A DNA stretch of 48,342 bases from Candidatus Avigastranaerophilus sp. (GTDB taxonomy: Bacteria > Muiribacteriota > Ozemobacteria > Ozemobacterales > Ozemobacteraceae): contig JAZUDR010000018.1 of NCBI GenBank assembly GCA_045639725.1, positions 1 through 48,342 of the forward strand, written 5' to 3'. Shown in pieces: positions 47,501 through 48,342 of this stretch; the first letter of the stretch is position 1, and the number at the start of each line of letters is the position of its first letter. A program made the translations under genes and the position numbers. The notes under the pieces are model-generated. The model was not told the origin of the DNA, made no database searches, and worked only from the letters and a program-made list of their open reading frames with translations.

Positions 47501-47716
47501 TGCAAAAAAAGCAAAAGCAATAATGAAGAATAAACCAGTAATCTTGTATTGAGCAAATAAGTATGATTTGGTTCCTTCTTGTATATAACCTGCTATTTCC
47601 TGGTTCTTTTCATTACCAGGATTTGATTGCTTCATTAGGGAATAAAAATAATATGCATAAACCAAAGCAAGCAAAGAGCCTGCTGGGGCTAACCAAAACA
47701 GTTGAGCTGCGTCCAC
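44513..47716 (-). CDS. hppA: Membrane-integral pyrophosphatase homologue (HppA/Na+-PPase-like) with degenerate active site and long repeat tail
   Basis: Full TM scaffold with GGGIFTKAAD, EDDPRNP, ADLYESY, KGFAIGSAAL and PFKDTS.PSLNILIK; multiple Asp substitutions; about 325 extra C-terminal aa; GTG start after AAGGAGGT. Confidence 0.88.
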   Translation of the reverse strand: MDAAQLFWLAPAGSLLALVYAYYFYSLMKQSNPGNEKNQEIAGYIQEGTKSYLFAQYKITGLFFIIAFAFFAFLAFVLEVQSPWTPIAFLTGGIFSALSSYLGLKTATSASNRTAVAAGESLNSALQLAFRSAATTGFVIVGLGLLDISIWWKILNYVLENQGMFKDSIFAIHSYTEITTIMLTFAIGATSQALFARIGGGIFTKAADISATLITKTETDITEDDPRNPAVITNNIGNNVGDISAIGADLYESYCGSILATAALGAAAFNTQDLLRYQLNSILLPLAIAGVGIVFSIFGIYCVNTKEDASQSELMKSLNRGTNFAGFFTAIGSIALINSLLPHHFQLLGSIISGLMAGIIINWSTHYYTSENYKPTFYIADQSSTGPGTVIIEGIATGMLSTAIPIITICFAITLAYGFADGFSNSAIGFYGIGIAAVSMLSTLGVTLATDAFGPIIGNSSKNAQLSGMSPETQKRLTSLDSLANTTSAIGKGFAIGSAALTTIALLCAYFEEIRMSLIKAANFSSAELSKYIYTTETTRIPIEKATIQNFMSYYNINLMNPIVLVGILIGSMLVLVFSALSLKAVGKAANNIVEEIRKQIKDIAGLFNSETKADYSACISISTYGSLKEMVTPSLIAIIIPVLVGLFLGVAGVVGMIVGSIIASLALATMMSNAGGAWNNAKRFIENGEYGGKGSECHKSTVVANTVGEPFKDTSAPSLNILIKLITMIAIVVVGLTVNYSPAIQDIIGFAPTETTYKKEYARIHGLNDLDDLAFSKNRSSAIYEDPLLGTEDIILPTDEDMLRAKKNGADKYKPDRFKSLKPSKEEIQQAVEKRKSDNTANGFNDNNTSTTSGFDSGFGGFGNEPKAANKPTSSNGFEGGFDSFDEPKAANKPASNNGFEGGFDSFDNEPKAADKPASSNGFEGGFDSFDNESKDADKPASSNGFEGGFDSLDNEAKTSDQPAASSGFDNFDNEPAATEAKPISSDNAAKTEETTASITVSTENIASQEEKPITENASAEKPAETVADNTVDPQTTTASDTKPTEATEKPSEASSDGFSGGFDAF
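44790..45157 (-). repeat. Coding tandem repeat, 66-69 bp unit (22-23 aa SNGFEGGFDSFDNEPKAADKPAS), about 6 copies including degenerate ends
   Basis: CCACCTTCAAAGCCATTG recurs at 44868, 44937, 45006 and 45072 (spacing 69, 69, 66). Confidence 0.92.
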
Positions 47717-47752
47717 TATGGACCTCCTTGAGTATTCTATCCTCGCTTAGAT

Positions 47753-47786
47753 ATACAATTTTATTGTATCGCACAAGTAAACTCAA
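47753..47786 (-). promoter_or_regulatory. Sigma70 promoter of the PPase homologue with a palindrome over the -10
   Basis: Minus strand TTGAGT-17 nt-TAAAAT; ATACAAT-N3-ATTGTAT at 47753-47769. Confidence 0.55.
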
Positions 47787-47822
47787 GGCAATTATATTTT
47801 TTGTGTCTGTGATTTCTTTTCT

Positions 47823-47856
47823 AAAAACAAAAAGCCTCGCATGAAGCGAGGCCTTT
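47823..47856 (-). terminator. Intrinsic terminator after the DUF805-like gene
   Basis: Minus strand GCCTCGC-TTCAT-GCGAGGC-TTTTTGTTTTT. Confidence 0.8.
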
Positions 47857-47874
47857 CGATTACTTAATTATTAA

Positions 47875-48330
47875 TCAGGCATTTGTCTGTTCTTGCTGAG
47901 CTGGAGTTTCAGTAGTTACAGTTGATGTTGTTGTATCATTATCTTTAGAAGCGAAGCAGCAGAAAACAATAAGAATGATACCACAGATTGTTCCAAGACC
48001 ACCGAGAAGAATTGCTGCAAGACCACTAAGAGCAGCAACAATGGCACCAATAACTGGGATACTAGCAAGTATGGTAGCTCCTAAGCCAATGATACTAGCT
48101 AAAAGACCAGGAACAGCGAGAAAAACTAACCATTTTGAACGGCCAGCATCAATAAGTCTTCTCATGGTTGGGCCAATGCCCATTACTCCTAATGCTATAG
48201 GAGCAATTACATTGATAACAGGAATACAAGCTAATATGCAAGATGCAATTGATAGACCAAATGCATAGGTCCAGAACTTGGTTCTATTTAATTTACCGTC
48301 GAAAACAAAACAATCCTTCAAAACTTCCAT
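47875..48330 (-). CDS. DUF805-like (YhaH/YhaI) membrane protein
   Basis: F.G..NR..FW start, RRL.D.GRS.W motif, several TM helices. Confidence 0.8.
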   Translation of the reverse strand: MEVLKDCFVFDGKLNRTKFWTYAFGLSIASCILACIPVINVIAPIALGVMGIGPTMRRLIDAGRSKWLVFLAVPGLLASIIGLGATILASIPVIGAIVAALSGLAAILLGGLGTICGIILIVFCCFASKDNDTTTSTVTTETPAQQEQTNA

Positions 48331-48342
48331 GAAGTTTGCTTT

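Noticed and set aside
44513-47716. hppA homologue as a simple pseudogene
   Set aside because: No frameshift or stop over 1067 codons, good promoter and SD, and changes concentrated on catalytic residues.

Overview
AT-rich bacterial chromosomal window, probably from a diderm anaerobe (beta-barrel OMP, ClpAS, class III prepilins, sigma54 regulator); a Ca. Riflebacteria-like origin is only a guess. Left to right: 5'-truncated hypoxanthine-DNA glycosylase, GNAT, nitroreductase; a complete jetD-A-B-C Wadjet (type III-like) anti-plasmid operon; a GNAT behind a highly structured ~175-nt leader; an FGE/SUMF1 protein; an ABC-F-clpS-clpA operon; an outer-membrane barrel; a three-gene minor-pilin operon with large extra domains; an FtsH-less hflK-hflC-hflK / P1B-ATPase / GT-C operon; SPFH-zinc-ribbon and ankyrin genes; a kinase / sigma54 regulator / secreted protein / TPR-deacetylase operon; pgk-tpiA; an in-frame cmk-rpsA fusion with an internal RBS; a UPF0597 cysteine desulfidase; a membrane pyrophosphatase homologue; and a DUF805-like gene. 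Best candidates for something new: (1) the pyrophosphatase homologue has lost about seven catalytic aspartates but keeps an intact ORF and good expression signals and has gained a Phe/Gly/Asp repeat tail; (2) the GNAT leader forms mutually exclusive SD-sequestering folds; (3) the SPFH-cage / metal-pump operon. No tRNA, rRNA, CRISPR array, transposase or integrase was seen. All calls come from reading motifs by eye, with no database searches.
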